The translations under genes were made by a program, and so were the position numbers. From Octopus sinensis (taxonomy: Eukaryota), in assembly GCF_006345805.1 (NCBI RefSeq), contig NC_043007.1, forward strand, positions 14,508,001-14,572,000: a stretch of 64,000 nt of DNA, given 5' to 3'. Below the pieces are notes generated by a model. That model was given only the letters and a program-made list of their open reading frames with translations. It was not told the DNA's origin and searched no databases. Shown piece by piece: positions 54,834-62,786 of the stretch (position 1 is the first letter of the stretch; each line of letters begins with the position of its first letter).

Positions 54834-57800
54834 AAAGCAGAGAGAGAGAGGGAGAAAAGCAAGAGAGAGAGAGAGAGAGAGGGAGAAAAGCAGAGAGAGA
54901 GGGAGAAAAGCAGAGAGAGAGAGAGGGAGAAAAGCAGAGAGAGGGAGGGAGAAAAGCAGAGAGGAAAGAGGAGTAAAGAGAGGAGGAGGAGGAGGAGAAA
55001 GCACAAGGAGAGGGGGGAAGGAAGAGTAAATACCTTTACTTCGTCTAAAGAAGTTCCTTTGCCATGAGTTTCACAGTGAGGACCAGACTTCCAAGCTTCA
55101 ACATCACCACAATCACAGTAACCTCCGCCACTGGAAATACTCATCTGGGGAATAAAGAGTTGGAGAAACAAATTAAAATTTTAAAACTGACACAAAAAAG
55201 GCAAGAAGCCTCCCACCCCCACCCAGAAGGGTCTATTAAAACAATTGTTTATAAATATTAAGTGTGAAATTAATAGAACAGACATAAGCAGGAGATTATG
55301 TCATCTATGCGTCCACCAAGCCTCGCCAGAAAAGTCAAAATTGGGTGCCATAGGTTTTACAGAGAATTTCCTAAGTCAATGACAAAACCTCCATGTGGCC
55401 ATGTGATCTGCATTTGTTCATAGTCTGGGTCTGCTGATTCAGGACTGACCCAAGGCCAAAGACAAGTACCGATAACTTGCCAACAAATGCTGTATTTAGT
55501 TACACAAGTTGAGTAACATGTTATGTATGACTTATGGCATTTAAATATCGTGACCAGAAATGTTATAAGCTTTCACAGTCAAATATGAAAAAGAAACAGG
55601 TATATGTTTCATATCTGACTATGAAAGACAATGCAGAAAGGACCTAAAAAAACCCTAAGAATTTTGTCAGCCAAGGAGTTTTGTTATGGTTTACACCAAA
55701 TAGCAACTAATTTTTCACAGTAAGAAAGAATAAAAGGCGATATGTAGGTCCAACTAGCATTAAAAAAATGACAATAACATTGATTATACTGATAATATTA
55801 ATCTCTTTTCACTTCATGCAAAACAATTTTGTAATGAAGGGGATAAGTGAATTAAGCCAAGTATATTGTTGGTATTTCTTTGAATGGCATGTAAAAAGCG
55901 CCATCCAAACGTGGCTGATGCCAGCACCGCCTTGACTGGCTTCCATGCCGGTGCCACATAAAAAGCACCCACTACACTCACGGAGTGGTTAACGTTAGGA
56001 AGGGCATCCAGCTGTAGAAACACTGCCAGATCAGACTGGAGCCTGGTGCAGCCTCCTGGCTTCCCAGACCCCGGTTGAACCGTCCAACCCATGCTAGCAT
56101 GGAAAACGGATGTTAACTCTTTAGTGTTCAGATTATTCTATCAAACATAATGCCTATTGATTCCCATTGATTTGAATTAATCATGCATTATCTCAAATCT
56201 TCAAGATCTTGATGGTGTAATTACTTAATGTAGAATAACATTGTAGGGTAGGTGTGAGAGCCTGGATCTGGTCAGTTTGAACATAAAACAGATTAACTAT
56301 TTTGGCCAGATATGGCCGGTTTAAATACTAAAGGGTTAAACGATGATGATGAAAGCAATGTTAATATTAAGAAAATATGAAATCAGAGCAAAAAAAAAAA
56401 CACTATCATAGGGAATGTTAGCCAGTGCTTTATTTCTGCCAGTTCACCAAGCATCTAATCTTACAAAGCCTATAAAATCAAATCCAGAATAGCACTGGTG
56501 CGTATTTTACCAACCTCATTGAGATCAGCAATATTGCAACTTAGAACACAGAAAGAGAAGTCAATACAGAAATGGATAATTGCAATAGAAATCAGTTTAA
56601 CAGGATTAAGATGAAACAGAATAAATTTTATTTTGTTCCTCTTTTCATGTTCAGTACCATTTATATTCTTTTATTGGTATCAACAACAGGATGAGATATC
56701 TCTTGCAAAAAATTTAGACAATTATATTGGCCCGAATATCTAATTTGGTACGTATATTAGCAATCTCTGTTCATCAAATAATCAAGTCCATTAATTGGTG
56801 TAGAAGGATACGACATAATACTTTCGTTGAATGCACCAACACACACATGACGGGATGGGTTAACTGCAGTTTCCACTAACCAAATTCTTCCACCAAACAT
56901 TAGTTCAATCCAAGGTTATGGTACAAGACACTTCCTTAACCCTTTAGCTTTCTCTGTTATATGTAACACTTGTTTATTCATATTGGTTTTAATCAATCTT
57001 GCATTATTTAGGCGTAGGAGTGGCTGTGTGGTAAGTAGCTTCCTTACGAACCACATGGTTCCGGGTTCAGTCCCGCTGCATGGCACTTTGGGCAAGTATC
57101 TTCTGCTATAGCCTCGGGTCAACCAAAGCCTTGTGAGTGGATTTGGTAGATGGAAACTGAAAGAAGCCCGTCGTATATATGTATATGTTTGTGTGTCTAT
57201 GTTTGACCCCCCAACATCGCTTGACAACCGATGCTGGTGTGTTTACATCCCCGTAACATAGCAGTTCAGCAAAAGAGACTGATAGAATAAGTACTAGGCT
57301 TACAAAGAATAAGTCCTGGGGTCAATTTGCTCGACTAAAGGCAGTGCTCCAGCATGGCCACAGTCAAATGACTGAAACAAGTAAAAGAGTATCTCATATC
57401 TCTTAGGTTTCAATAATGTGATTGTTTTAAGAAATGACATTTATCAGGTATGGCCAAATATGGCCAGTTTGGATATAAAATGGGTAGAATATTTGGGCTG
57501 AACATGGGTGGTCTAGATTTTAAAGGGTCAAGTTGTGATACAGTGATATTAAATTCTGAATTGTGGTTGTGAACACACTTCTTGATCATTCATATAGCCA
57601 TAAAGTAACAAAATCAAATTCACAGTTTAAAAGCAACTGTGATGTCTAAGAACATGTTATGTTGAATATACGCAAAAATCAAATAAGAGAACTGAAGTGG
57701 AGGAGCATTTTAAAGAGACAGTGCAAAATAAGAATTGAAACCCAAACTGGTCAAAAAAGGGGGAAACTCACCCGATAGCGGTGTTTCTTATGAACACTTT

Positions 57801-59169
57801 GTTGGAAGCAATTGATACACAGGACGCAAGTGAGATCATTTGCGCAGTCCCTGGAATTAAAAACATTTAGAAGGAAATAGAATTGGAACAATGTTTGTCT
57901 GTATGTAAGCTGCAGGTAAATAAAATATATAAGTAAATATACACACATCCATAAACAGTTGAATATATTTTCGAATGGATAAAAGGCAAAGCCGACCTCG
58001 GTGGAATTTGAACTCAGAACGTAGTGGCAGACAAAATACTGTTAAGCATTTCGCCCAGGGTGCTAATGTTTCTGCCAGCTCACCGCCTTTATAACAATAA
58101 TGGTTTCAAATTTTGCCACAAAGGCAGTCATTTTGGGGGAGGGGATAAGTTGATTACATCAACCCCAGTGTTTCACTGGTACTTAATTTATTAACCCCGA
58201 AAGGATGAAAGGCAAAGTCAAACTTGACAGAATTTGAAATCTCTTTCTTTCTCTCTCTCTGTGAACATATTTCTTTTTACGTATATGAGGAGAGGGAAAA
58301 TCGTTTATGTGAATTGTGTTCAATCAATGAATTGTGTTCAATCAATGGATTGTGTTCAATCAATGGATTGTAATGTCTCTCTCCCTCCCTCCCTTTTATT
58401 CACTCACTCAATCTGTATGTGTATATACCTATGCACGTGTGTGTGTTTGGCTCCAGTGCTAGAATGTACTGTCATCAAAATAGGTTGAATGCCAAGTCAG
58501 CCAGTGGCATTCATCAAACAACTGCCCCCTATCATCTCATTCCATTAAAATTTATCTATATATATATATATATATGTATATTTACATATAAGTGTAAACA
58601 AGAGAGACAGAGAAAGGCAGAAACAAGGAAAATGCCACTTATATTTGAACACTATACAAATATTCTTTTAAAAAAACTATTCTTTTAATTTTTCTAAATT
58701 TAATTATTTAATCGTTACAGTTGAAAAGGTCTCAAAATGACTGAAACAGGTACTGAAATGTTCTTTATAAAATTATTCTAGCATTTTCTATTTTGACTTG
58801 TTTTTTCATATATATATATATATATATATATAAAACTGAGAATGTGTGTGTCTGTGTGCATCCCTAAAACTCAAAAACTACCCAACTGATTTCTTTCAAA
58901 TTTTACACATGCACTACTTAGGGTCCACAGATTGTAATGGTCCCAAAAAAATGTTTCAACTTCTTGCTAATGCGAGCGCAGAGCAATCTCTTACACTGTT
59001 TTGGTAATACATGCCAAAAATGAAACAATAACATCTCTAGTGTAATGTGATATAATAGTTTCATTTTTATTAGTTTCACTATGTATGTGTGTGTATATAT
59101 ATATATATATATACTTGTTTGTATATATGTTAATAGTTTTATTTCTATTAGTTTTACTATGGGAGTGTG

Positions 59170-59216
<47 letters not shown>

Positions 59217-59732
59217 ATCATGGGTGCTGGGGCTACATAAAAAGCACCCTTGCTGGTGCCAAGTAAGACCACCCAGTACAATTTGTAAAGTGGCTGGTGT
59301 TAGGAAGGGCATCCAGCCATAGAAACCATGCCAAAATGGACAGGAAGCCTGGTTCTGTCAAATCGTCCAACCCATGTCAGCATGGAAAATGATGTTTGAT
59401 GATGATGATGATGAACTAAATTGAAAAGGTAACAGGTCAGAAAAAAAAAAGCAAAAACATTCTACTCACCTGCAAGAATAACTTGGCTCACCATGTTTGA
59501 AAACATGTCCACAGATTTGCGATGGGGCATCTTTTTCTTTTAACTGTTTAAACTCTGTTTCTGGATCTCCACCACAAAGAAACGTTTCCAACGGATGAAA
59601 TATTAACTTGTGAGAGAGCCTCTCTTCTTTAGCACTTTCCTGGCCAGGAGCATATATGACAGGTACAAAGGTTTTCCAATGTCTTTTCAAGGATGCCAAT
59701 AATTTGCCATTCTTAAAGCTGTTAGACCAATC
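1595..59732 (-). CDS. UBR2: UBR1/UBR2-family E3 ubiquitin ligase (N-recognin), spliced, partial at both ends
   Basis: 37 exons with GT-AG ends and matching phases give one ORF with a UBR box ([50 protein letters not shown]), ClpS-like [20 protein letters not shown] and RING-H2 ([19 protein letters not shown]). Likely the single invertebrate orthologue of vertebrate UBR1/UBR2. Confidence 0.95.
1745..2305 (-). mobile_element. CR1-clade LINE 3' fragment
   Basis: PYSERL..LG..L..RR...D..TRGH..K..FFTLRV...WN.LP C-terminus plus 3' UTR. Confidence 0.85.
2519..2630 (-). CDS. UBR2: UBR exon ([36 protein letters not shown])
   Basis: 112 nt, phase 1-2. Confidence 0.85.
3195..3298 (-). CDS. UBR2: UBR exon ([25 protein letters not shown])
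   Basis: 104 nt, phase 2-1. Confidence 0.85.
3410..3639 (+). mobile_element. Family D retroelement
   Basis: Consensus match, (GAT)n tail. Confidence 0.8.
4587..4766 (-). CDS. UBR2: UBR exon ([21 protein letters not shown]..)
   Basis: 180 nt, RING end. Confidence 0.94.
5248..5385 (-). CDS. UBR2: UBR exon ([29 protein letters not shown])
   Basis: 138 nt, RING-H2 core. Confidence 0.95.
5880..6035 (-). CDS. UBR2: UBR exon (..[22 protein letters not shown]), RING start
   Basis: 156 nt. Confidence 0.93.
6116..6257. mobile_element. Palindromic insertion with one-sided tail and 12-bp TSD
   Basis: Perfect 102-bp palindrome at 6157-6258; tacttagagaga at 6104-6115 and 6258-6269. Confidence 0.75.
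7053..7300 (-). CDS. UBR2: UBR exon (KFSAVRK...[27 protein letters not shown]...), basic region before RING
   Basis: 248 nt. Confidence 0.93.
7805..8068 (-). mobile_element. Family D retroelement
   Basis: Consensus match. Confidence 0.8.
8257..8351 (-). CDS. UBR2: UBR exon ([10 protein letters not shown]...LLKWVLN)
   Basis: 95 nt, phase 1-0. Confidence 0.88.
8545..8635 (-). CDS. UBR2: UBR exon ([13 protein letters not shown]...KATK)
   Basis: 91 nt. Confidence 0.93.
9084..11220. repeat. 27-bp minisatellite, about 79 units (gtgcttcttacgtgacaccatcagcag)
   Basis: Direct reading; variants differ at cagcag/caccag/aagcag. Confidence 0.97.
11317..11471 (-). CDS. UBR2: UBR exon ([11 protein letters not shown]...WSETQFER)
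   Basis: 155 nt. Confidence 0.94.
11703..11751 (-). CDS. UBR2: UBR exon ([16 protein letters not shown])
   Basis: 49 nt, phase 0-1. Confidence 0.9.
11918..12292 (+). mobile_element. SINE family B (tRNA-like head, internal TA/TG microsatellite, aagagtaa tail)
   Basis: Recurs about 11 times in the window. Confidence 0.85.
12651..12899. mobile_element. Diverged TTAA MITE
   Basis: ttaacccttt..aaagggttaa ends. Confidence 0.6.
12938..13230 (+). mobile_element. SINE family C (A box tggcctagtgg, B box ggttcgaatc)
   Basis: tRNA-derived head; 5 copies in the window. Confidence 0.85.
13430..13532 (-). CDS. UBR2: UBR exon ([27 protein letters not shown])
   Basis: 103 nt. Confidence 0.95.
13637..13868 (-). 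mobile_element. SINE family A (tRNA-like head)
   Basis: ggcggcgagctggcagaa..gagttcaaattcc head; recurs about 9 times in the window. Confidence 0.85.
14283..14650 (+). mobile_element. SINE family B
   Basis: Consensus match. Confidence 0.8.
14858..14910 (-). CDS. UBR2: UBR exon ([18 protein letters not shown])
   Basis: 53 nt. Confidence 0.92.
15398..15522 (-). CDS. UBR2: UBR exon ([10 protein letters not shown]...[24 protein letters not shown]), winged helix
   Basis: 125 nt, conserved REIIHQL..PMAHSEL. Confidence 0.96.
15592..16142 (+). mobile_element. SINE family C interrupted by a family D element (15821-16094, - strand)
   Basis: C consensus resumes at gccaaggaaaccggccct. Confidence 0.8.
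16660..17105 (+). mobile_element. Dispersed repeat with TATA-like box and two CTGANGA..GAAA motifs (pLTR/retrozyme-like)
   Basis: 16812-17105 is homologous to 53755-54060. Confidence 0.5.
17157..17251 (-). CDS. UBR2: UBR exon (STYDDPGG...[14 protein letters not shown])
   Basis: 95 nt. Confidence 0.9.
17399..17475 (-). CDS. UBR2: UBR exon ([25 protein letters not shown])
   Basis: 77 nt. Confidence 0.92.
17701..18182 (-). mobile_element. CR1-clade LINE 3' fragment (same family as 1745-2305)
   Basis: Near-identical sequence, (TTA)n tail; a tail-only remnant also lies at about 18550-18600. Confidence 0.85.
18898..18963 (-). CDS. UBR2: UBR exon ([22 protein letters not shown])
   Basis: 66 nt. 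Confidence 0.95.
19027..19251 (-). mobile_element. SINE family A
   Basis: Consensus match. Confidence 0.85.
19610..19720 (-). CDS. UBR2: UBR exon ([14 protein letters not shown]...[14 protein letters not shown])
   Basis: 111 nt, AGMWRRNG signature. Confidence 0.96.
19900..20515 (-). mobile_element. CR1-clade LINE 3' fragment, sister subfamily
   Basis: [19 protein letters not shown]...LESVQRR, shorter 3' UTR, (TTA)n tail. Confidence 0.88.
20575..20913 (+). mobile_element. Family D retroelement
   Basis: Consensus match. Confidence 0.8.
21002..21057 (-). CDS. UBR2: UBR exon ([18 protein letters not shown])
   Basis: 56 nt, phase 1-0. Confidence 0.85.
21677..22037 (-). mobile_element. SINE family B
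   Basis: Consensus match. Confidence 0.85.
22345..22431 (-). CDS. UBR2: UBR exon ([29 protein letters not shown])
   Basis: 87 nt, VSIHLP motif. Confidence 0.93.
22535..23048. repeat. 24-bp tandem repeat, about 21 units (acttatatgtaggacaaggtttta)
   Basis: Direct reading. Confidence 0.97.
23113..23206 (-). CDS. UBR2: UBR exon ([12 protein letters not shown]...MEDCD)
   Basis: 94 nt, phase 0-1 fits neighbours; variable region. Confidence 0.8.
23826..24168 (-). mobile_element. tRNA-headed SINE, another family
   Basis: gtgaaggcacatgactcagtggttagag..gagttcgattc head. Confidence 0.7.
24330..24458 (-). CDS. UBR2: UBR exon ([26 protein letters not shown]...WCGSN)
   Basis: 129 nt, conserved GMD..R..GQH.E.EPEWE. 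Confidence 0.95.
24570..25038 (+). mobile_element. Family D non-autonomous retroelement, long copy
   Basis: Internal ggcacgtaaaaagcac repeats; 3' ccaacccatgctagcatggaaaacgga..(GAT)n. Further copies at about 44690-44880, 55885-56115, 59225-59413 (+) and 3920-4290, 29026-29272, 49259-49410 (-). Confidence 0.8.
25397..25502 (-). CDS. UBR2: UBR exon (YALLCKP...LLISIQ)
   Basis: 106 nt. Confidence 0.92.
26193..26419. mobile_element. Penelope-like inverted insertion, family F, copy 1
   Basis: About 70-bp inverted arms, 60-nt one-sided tail, degenerate 12-bp TSD. Confidence 0.6.
26727..27160 (-). mobile_element. SINE family A partial dimer inserted in an older SINE
   Basis: Flanking duplication gggatctataa(a/g)gtacc. 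Confidence 0.8.
27488..27566 (-). CDS. UBR2: UBR exon ([26 protein letters not shown])
   Basis: 79 nt, phase 1-2. Confidence 0.9.
27851..28200. repeat. 23-bp tandem repeat, about 15 units (ggatctaaactgaataatccatt)
   Basis: Direct reading. Confidence 0.93.
28254..28335 (-). CDS. UBR2: UBR exon ([27 protein letters not shown])
   Basis: 82 nt, ARxLITE.NL motif. Confidence 0.92.
29466..29850 (+). mobile_element. SINE with family C head and a different 3' half, (AAC)n tail
   Basis: Head match; divergent body. Confidence 0.75.
30805..31200 (-). mobile_element. Family D retroelement
   Basis: Consensus match. Confidence 0.8.
31813..32670 (+). mobile_element. Decayed, internally deleted Tc1/mariner element, DD37D (maT) type
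   Basis: TIRs cagggtgc..ataaattgtc; remnants [35 protein letters not shown]; about 37 residues between the last two Asp. Confidence 0.8.
32686..33058 (-). mobile_element. SINE family B
   Basis: Consensus match. Confidence 0.85.
33265..33363 (-). CDS. UBR2: UBR alternative exon B ([33 protein letters not shown])
   Basis: 99 nt, phase 0-0, ttttag| and |gtaggt; paralogous to exon A, no stops. Confidence 0.88.
35048..35146 (-). CDS. UBR2: UBR alternative exon A ([33 protein letters not shown])
   Basis: 99 nt, phase 0-0, ccacag| and |gtatgt; [11 protein letters not shown] motif. Confidence 0.92.
36640..37037 (-). mobile_element. SINE family B, older copy
   Basis: Diverged consensus match. Confidence 0.75.
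38105..38454 (+). mobile_element. Family D retroelement
   Basis: Consensus match. Confidence 0.8.
38831..39081 (-). mobile_element. SINE family A with 20-bp TSD
   Basis: gatggttacttaaacctatt at 38811-38830 and 39082-39101. Confidence 0.88.
39650..40090. mobile_element. TTAA MITE interrupted by family F insertion
   Basis: MITE halves on each side of 39792-40014. Confidence 0.6.
39792..40014. mobile_element. Penelope-like inverted insertion, family F, copy 2 (nested in a TTAA MITE)
   Basis: Same sequence in opposite orientation; TSD ttgatgaaaggt. Confidence 0.6.
41191..41242 (-). CDS. UBR2: UBR exon ([17 protein letters not shown])
   Basis: 52 nt, phase 2-0. Confidence 0.88.
41416..41816 (-). 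mobile_element. RTE-clade LINE, 5'-truncated with inverted 5' segment
   Basis: [20 protein letters not shown]-terminus, (TGA)n tail, 10-bp TSD atgtatttat. Confidence 0.85.
42335..42639 (+). mobile_element. Non-autonomous Helitron
   Basis: 5' TC, 3' hairpin cctg..cagg followed by CTAG, inserted between A and T with no TSD. Confidence 0.75.
42860..42896 (-). CDS. UBR2: UBR mini-exon ([13 protein letters not shown])
   Basis: 37 nt; needed to keep frame between neighbours; ttctag| and |gtaggt. Confidence 0.85.
43131..43485. mobile_element. SINE A (+) abutting a SINE B 5' part (-)
   Basis: Consensus matches. Confidence 0.75.
43620..43935 (+). mobile_element. RTE-type LINE 3' end (second family)
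   Basis: [25 protein letters not shown]....LA.NR....VRDA C-terminus. Confidence 0.6.
44042..44140 (-). CDS. UBR2: UBR exon (DGLRYLFC...DTKLWK)
   Basis: 99 nt, phase 1-1, DxKLWK motif. Confidence 0.93.
45023..45375 (-). mobile_element. Family D retroelement
   Basis: Consensus match. Confidence 0.8.
45460..45583 (-). CDS. UBR2: UBR exon ([17 protein letters not shown]...ISKS)
   Basis: 124 nt, conserved KPLKVQVMH. Confidence 0.93.
45836..46140 (-). mobile_element. SINE family C
   Basis: Consensus match. Confidence 0.85.
46796..46858 (-). CDS. UBR2: UBR exon ([21 protein letters not shown])
   Basis: 63 nt, tttcag| and |gtatg. Confidence 0.88.
47172..47540 (-). mobile_element. SINE family B
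   Basis: Consensus match. Confidence 0.85.
48200..48690 (+). mobile_element. SINE family B (two overlapping copies)
   Basis: Consensus match. Confidence 0.8.
48818..49070 (-). mobile_element. Family D retroelement
   Basis: Consensus match. Confidence 0.8.
49418..49550 (+). mobile_element. DNA-transposase C-terminal remnant, Chapaev3-like from recall
   Basis: Reads [38 protein letters not shown] across frameshifts. Confidence 0.55.
49727..50092 (+). mobile_element. SINE family B
   Basis: Full head ggcgcaggagtggctgtgtggtaag. Confidence 0.85.
50291..50368 (-). CDS. UBR2: UBR exon ([26 protein letters not shown])
   Basis: 78 nt, ClpS-like domain. Confidence 0.93.
51286..52262. mobile_element. 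Array of four TTAA MITEs (same family as 841-1322)
   Basis: About 250-bp period; last three units near-identical. Confidence 0.8.
52355..52549 (-). CDS. UBR2: UBR exon (DRLASLPDE...[11 protein letters not shown])
   Basis: 195 nt, phase 0-0, ClpS-like motif. Confidence 0.93.
52628..53044 (-). mobile_element. SINE family A partial dimer
   Basis: TSD agcaacaaataca. Confidence 0.85.
53755..54060 (-). mobile_element. Second copy of the CTGANGA..GAAA repeat
   Basis: Reverse-complement match to 16812-17105. Confidence 0.5.
54290..55020. repeat. GA-rich compound microsatellite (ggagaaaagcagagaga..)
   Basis: Direct reading. Confidence 0.93.
55034..55144 (-). CDS. UBR2: UBR exon ([29 protein letters not shown])
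   Basis: 111 nt, end of UBR box. Confidence 0.93.
56117..56335. mobile_element. TTAA MITE (second family; related copy at about 35850-36077)
   Basis: Inserted in the TTAA of a retroelement tail, which is duplicated at 56113-56116 and 56336-56339. Confidence 0.75.
57011..57390 (+). mobile_element. SINE family B
   Basis: Consensus match. Confidence 0.85.
57772..57850 (-). CDS. UBR2: UBR exon ([26 protein letters not shown])
   Basis: 79 nt, ttccag| and |gtgagt, UBR-box Cys/His residues. Confidence 0.95.
57982..58240 (-). mobile_element. SINE family A fragments
   Basis: Consensus match, rearranged. Confidence 0.7.
58808..59040 (+). mobile_element. Possible Helitron-like fragment
   Basis: (TA)n-aaaactgagaatgtgtgtgtctg 5' style and a CTAG at 59037-59040; no clear hairpin. 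Confidence 0.3.
59470..59732 (-). CDS. UBR2: UBR exon (DWSNSF...GEPSYSCR), start of UBR box
   Basis: tttcag|GAT acceptor, AG|gtgagt donor. Confidence 0.93.
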
Positions 59733-60532
59733 CTGAAACGACATATGACAACACGTAAGTACACAAAGCACACCTCTGTATAAATAATTACACATGCATA
59801 CATACAAATAATTTCTAGCATTAATAATGCTTTCTAACATATAAGAGGCATAAAGCCATAAATTCCGGGGAGAAACGATCAATTACATTGATCTTACTAC
59901 CCAACTGGTATTTTTTTTCTTCTTTTTTCTTAACCCAAGATTGATGAAAGTCAGCCTCAGCAGGATTTCGATGTTGTAAATTAAGGGACACAAAATACTG
60001 AAAAGTATTTTGTGCACATGCTTTACCATTTCTCAACACTTATAATACTATTGGCAATGATTAATACACTGGTTTCTAACTTAGGGTGAAGGTGTGTGTT
60101 TGTAGCGAGAATATCAATCAGTATAAGTAAGCTTTTAAAAAAAAGTCTTGAGGTCAATTTGTTCAACTAAAATAACTTCAAGGTGGTGTCCCAGCATGGC
60201 CACATTCAAATGACTGAAACAAGTAAAAGATAAGACATCGCACCATATAAGCTACATTTATATTATTTACTTTATGGCACGTCATTGAGGTCAATAACTG
60301 AAACTAAGAGGTTCAGGCATTATAAGCCCCATCAAGTGTAATATTTTGAAGCTTGACCACAGAAAGTGCAGCCAACTGTAAAGATACTAACTTGAAAAAT
60401 ATGAAAATACCTAAATTTGAGGAACTCACTCAAGTTACTGATTACTAGTGTGGAAAAAAAATTATAACTTCATGGTTGGAAGGAGTCAATAATATAAAGG
60501 GAACATCATATAACACTGATGTTTACAAACTA

Positions 60533-61823
60533 CGAGGGGTGTTCAATAAGTAATGCTTCTGACCCACTTGCAGTTGTTTGATCTAGCTGAAATTTTGCAT
60601 GTACAATTATTTATATCTTTATAGATTAAGTGGAAAATTACAGCTCTGGACTAATTGTGGTTTCTGATTTACAAGTGTTTGAACTGAGTCAAGTGTGAAA
60701 TGGAGCCTGTTGAGTTTCGAGCAGTGATCCGGTTTTTGTATTTGAAAGAACGCACACCACGGGAGACTTTTGGTGAAATGAAAGTAACTTATGGTGATGA
60801 TGCCCCATCATATGACCTTGTAAAACGCTGGCATCGTGAATTCAAACATGGTCGGAACTCTGTGGAAACAGCTCCCAGATCTGGTCGCCCCCTTCTGCCA
60901 TTGATGAGGCATCTGTCCGTCATGTTGAGGCTGCCATTTTGGAAGATCGACGCATCACTATTCGCCAAATAGCCCATGAGGTCAAGATTAGTACCGGGTC
61001 TGTGGAAACTATTATTCATGACCATTTGCATATGCAAAAGGTGTCTGCCAGATGGATTCCCAGGTTGCTCACATCTTTCCAGAAGCAAGAACGTGTCGAT
61101 TGCTCGAGGATGAATTTGGAGATGTGCCAAGAAGATGAGTCAAAATTTTTCAAAAGACTGATTACACAGGATGAAACCTGGGTCCATCACTATGATCCAG
61201 AGACCAAAGCCCAGTCAATGCAGTGGACACACCGTGACTCACCTCCTCCAAAGAAGGCAAGGGTGCAGCCTTCTGCTGGCAAGGTCATGCTCACAGTCTT
61301 CTGGGACCAGGACGGAGTACTGATGACAGATTTCCTGGCAAAGGGTGCCACAATTACAGGAGCCTATTATGCTTCACTTTTGAGGAAATTAAGAGAAGTT
61401 ATCAAAATCAAGAGGCAGGGCAAGATCAGCAAAGACATCCTCCTCCTGCAGGACAACGCTCCGGTTCACAACTCGCTTGTCGCCGGATCAGAAGCACAGG
61501 CGTATGGCTATGAACTCCTCCCCATCCCCCCTACTTTCTTGACCTTGCACCCTCTGATTTTCACCTCTTCCCAGCCATGAAGTTGTTTTTGAAAGGAAAG
61601 CGTTTCCCAGATGATGCAGCCTTGATTTCTGAAGTCATGTCGTGGTTGGAGGACCAAGCTGGGGTCTTCTACAAAAACGGTCTTCAGAGCTGCATCAAAC
61701 GATGGGAGAAATGCGTAACTCTGGGTGGTTCCTATGTAGAAAAAGATTAATAACTGTGCCAAGTTTCGTTGCTCTACTGCTATGGGAAGTGGGTCAGGGG
61801 CATTACTTATTGAATGCCCCTCG
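60533..61823 (+). mobile_element. Full-length DD34D mariner transposon
   Basis: 37-bp TIRs (cgaggggtgttcaataagtaatgc.., 4 mismatches), TA flanks at 60531-60532 and 61824-61825, about 1.29 kb. Confidence 0.95.
60700..61750 (+). pseudogene. Mariner transposase with two frameshifts
   Basis: WIPRLL, ITQDETWVHHY, LLQDNAPVH and DLAPSDFHLF motifs spread over three frames; shifts near 60890 and 61530. Confidence 0.92.
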
Positions 61824-61848
61824 TATTTAACAGATGCTAACCATTAAA

Positions 61849-62075
61849 GGCAGCGAGCTGTCAGAAACATTAGCATGCCGGGCGAAATGCTCAGCGGTAT
61901 TTTGTCTGCCGTTATGTTCTGAGTTCAAATTCCGCCGAGGTCGACTTTGCTTGTCATCCTTTCAGGGTCGATTAAATAAGTACCAGTTACGCACTGGGGT
62001 TGATATAATCGACTTAATCCCTTTGTCCTTGTTTGTCCCCTCTGTGTTTAGCCCCTTGTGGGTAGTAAAGAAATA
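61849..62075 (+). mobile_element. SINE family A with 17-bp TSD
   Basis: agatgctaaccattaaa at 61832-61848 and 62076-62092. Confidence 0.88.
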
Positions 62076-62786
62076 AGATGCTAACCATTAAATTGTCTGC
62101 TGTTATATGCAATTCTCTGGGCTACAGGGAAGATTTCTAGGCATTATGTTGACTCACTGAAATGCAAACCTATACAAGTGGAAGATTCTCAAAGGCCTTG
62201 CTCTAAGCTTTCATTTACAATAAAGAAGAAATAAGGGGAATGAAAGGTGCTGTGTCATTGCAAAAATACCCTTCCTTGAAGCCCCTCAGCAACAGCTTGA
62301 CATTTAAAAATTCATGATCATACAACTGTCTCCGAAAATATTCATAAACTTGAGCAAATTTTTCTTGGTATTTTAAAAGGAACATAGATGCTTTCTTCAC
62401 ATTTACAGAAAAACCTAACAGAGAAACCAGCTCCCTGGACACACAAAGATGACATAAAAGAAAGATCATCTAATTCTGAAGGTGGTGCTCCTGCTTGGCC
62501 TTAGCCATGATGGCTAAAACAAACTGAACTATTTTAAATATTCATTGACAGAATGTTTATTTTTATTAATATTAAATAATTTTTTTTTTTAACTAATTAC
62601 ATTAAGTGTTTTATATATACACAATCGTGCTTTTATACTATGGAATATAAAAATATATATATATTCATGAATCTTCCAAATCTAAACATCATACATTTAT
62701 CAAGAAACAATGATTAGTAATTAATTTTTAAATAATAATTAGAGCAACATAAACATTACATTGAATAAAACATATTTTCATAATAT

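Noticed and set aside
54193-55030. 200-300 aa Leu/Ser- or Arg/Glu-rich ORFs
   Set aside because: Low-complexity GA satellite; only 55034-55144 is exonic.
62215-62469. 84-aa minus-strand ORF with a plausible acceptor as the first UBR exon
   Set aside because: No resemblance to UBR N-termini and no convincing in-frame donor; the first exon probably lies beyond 64000.
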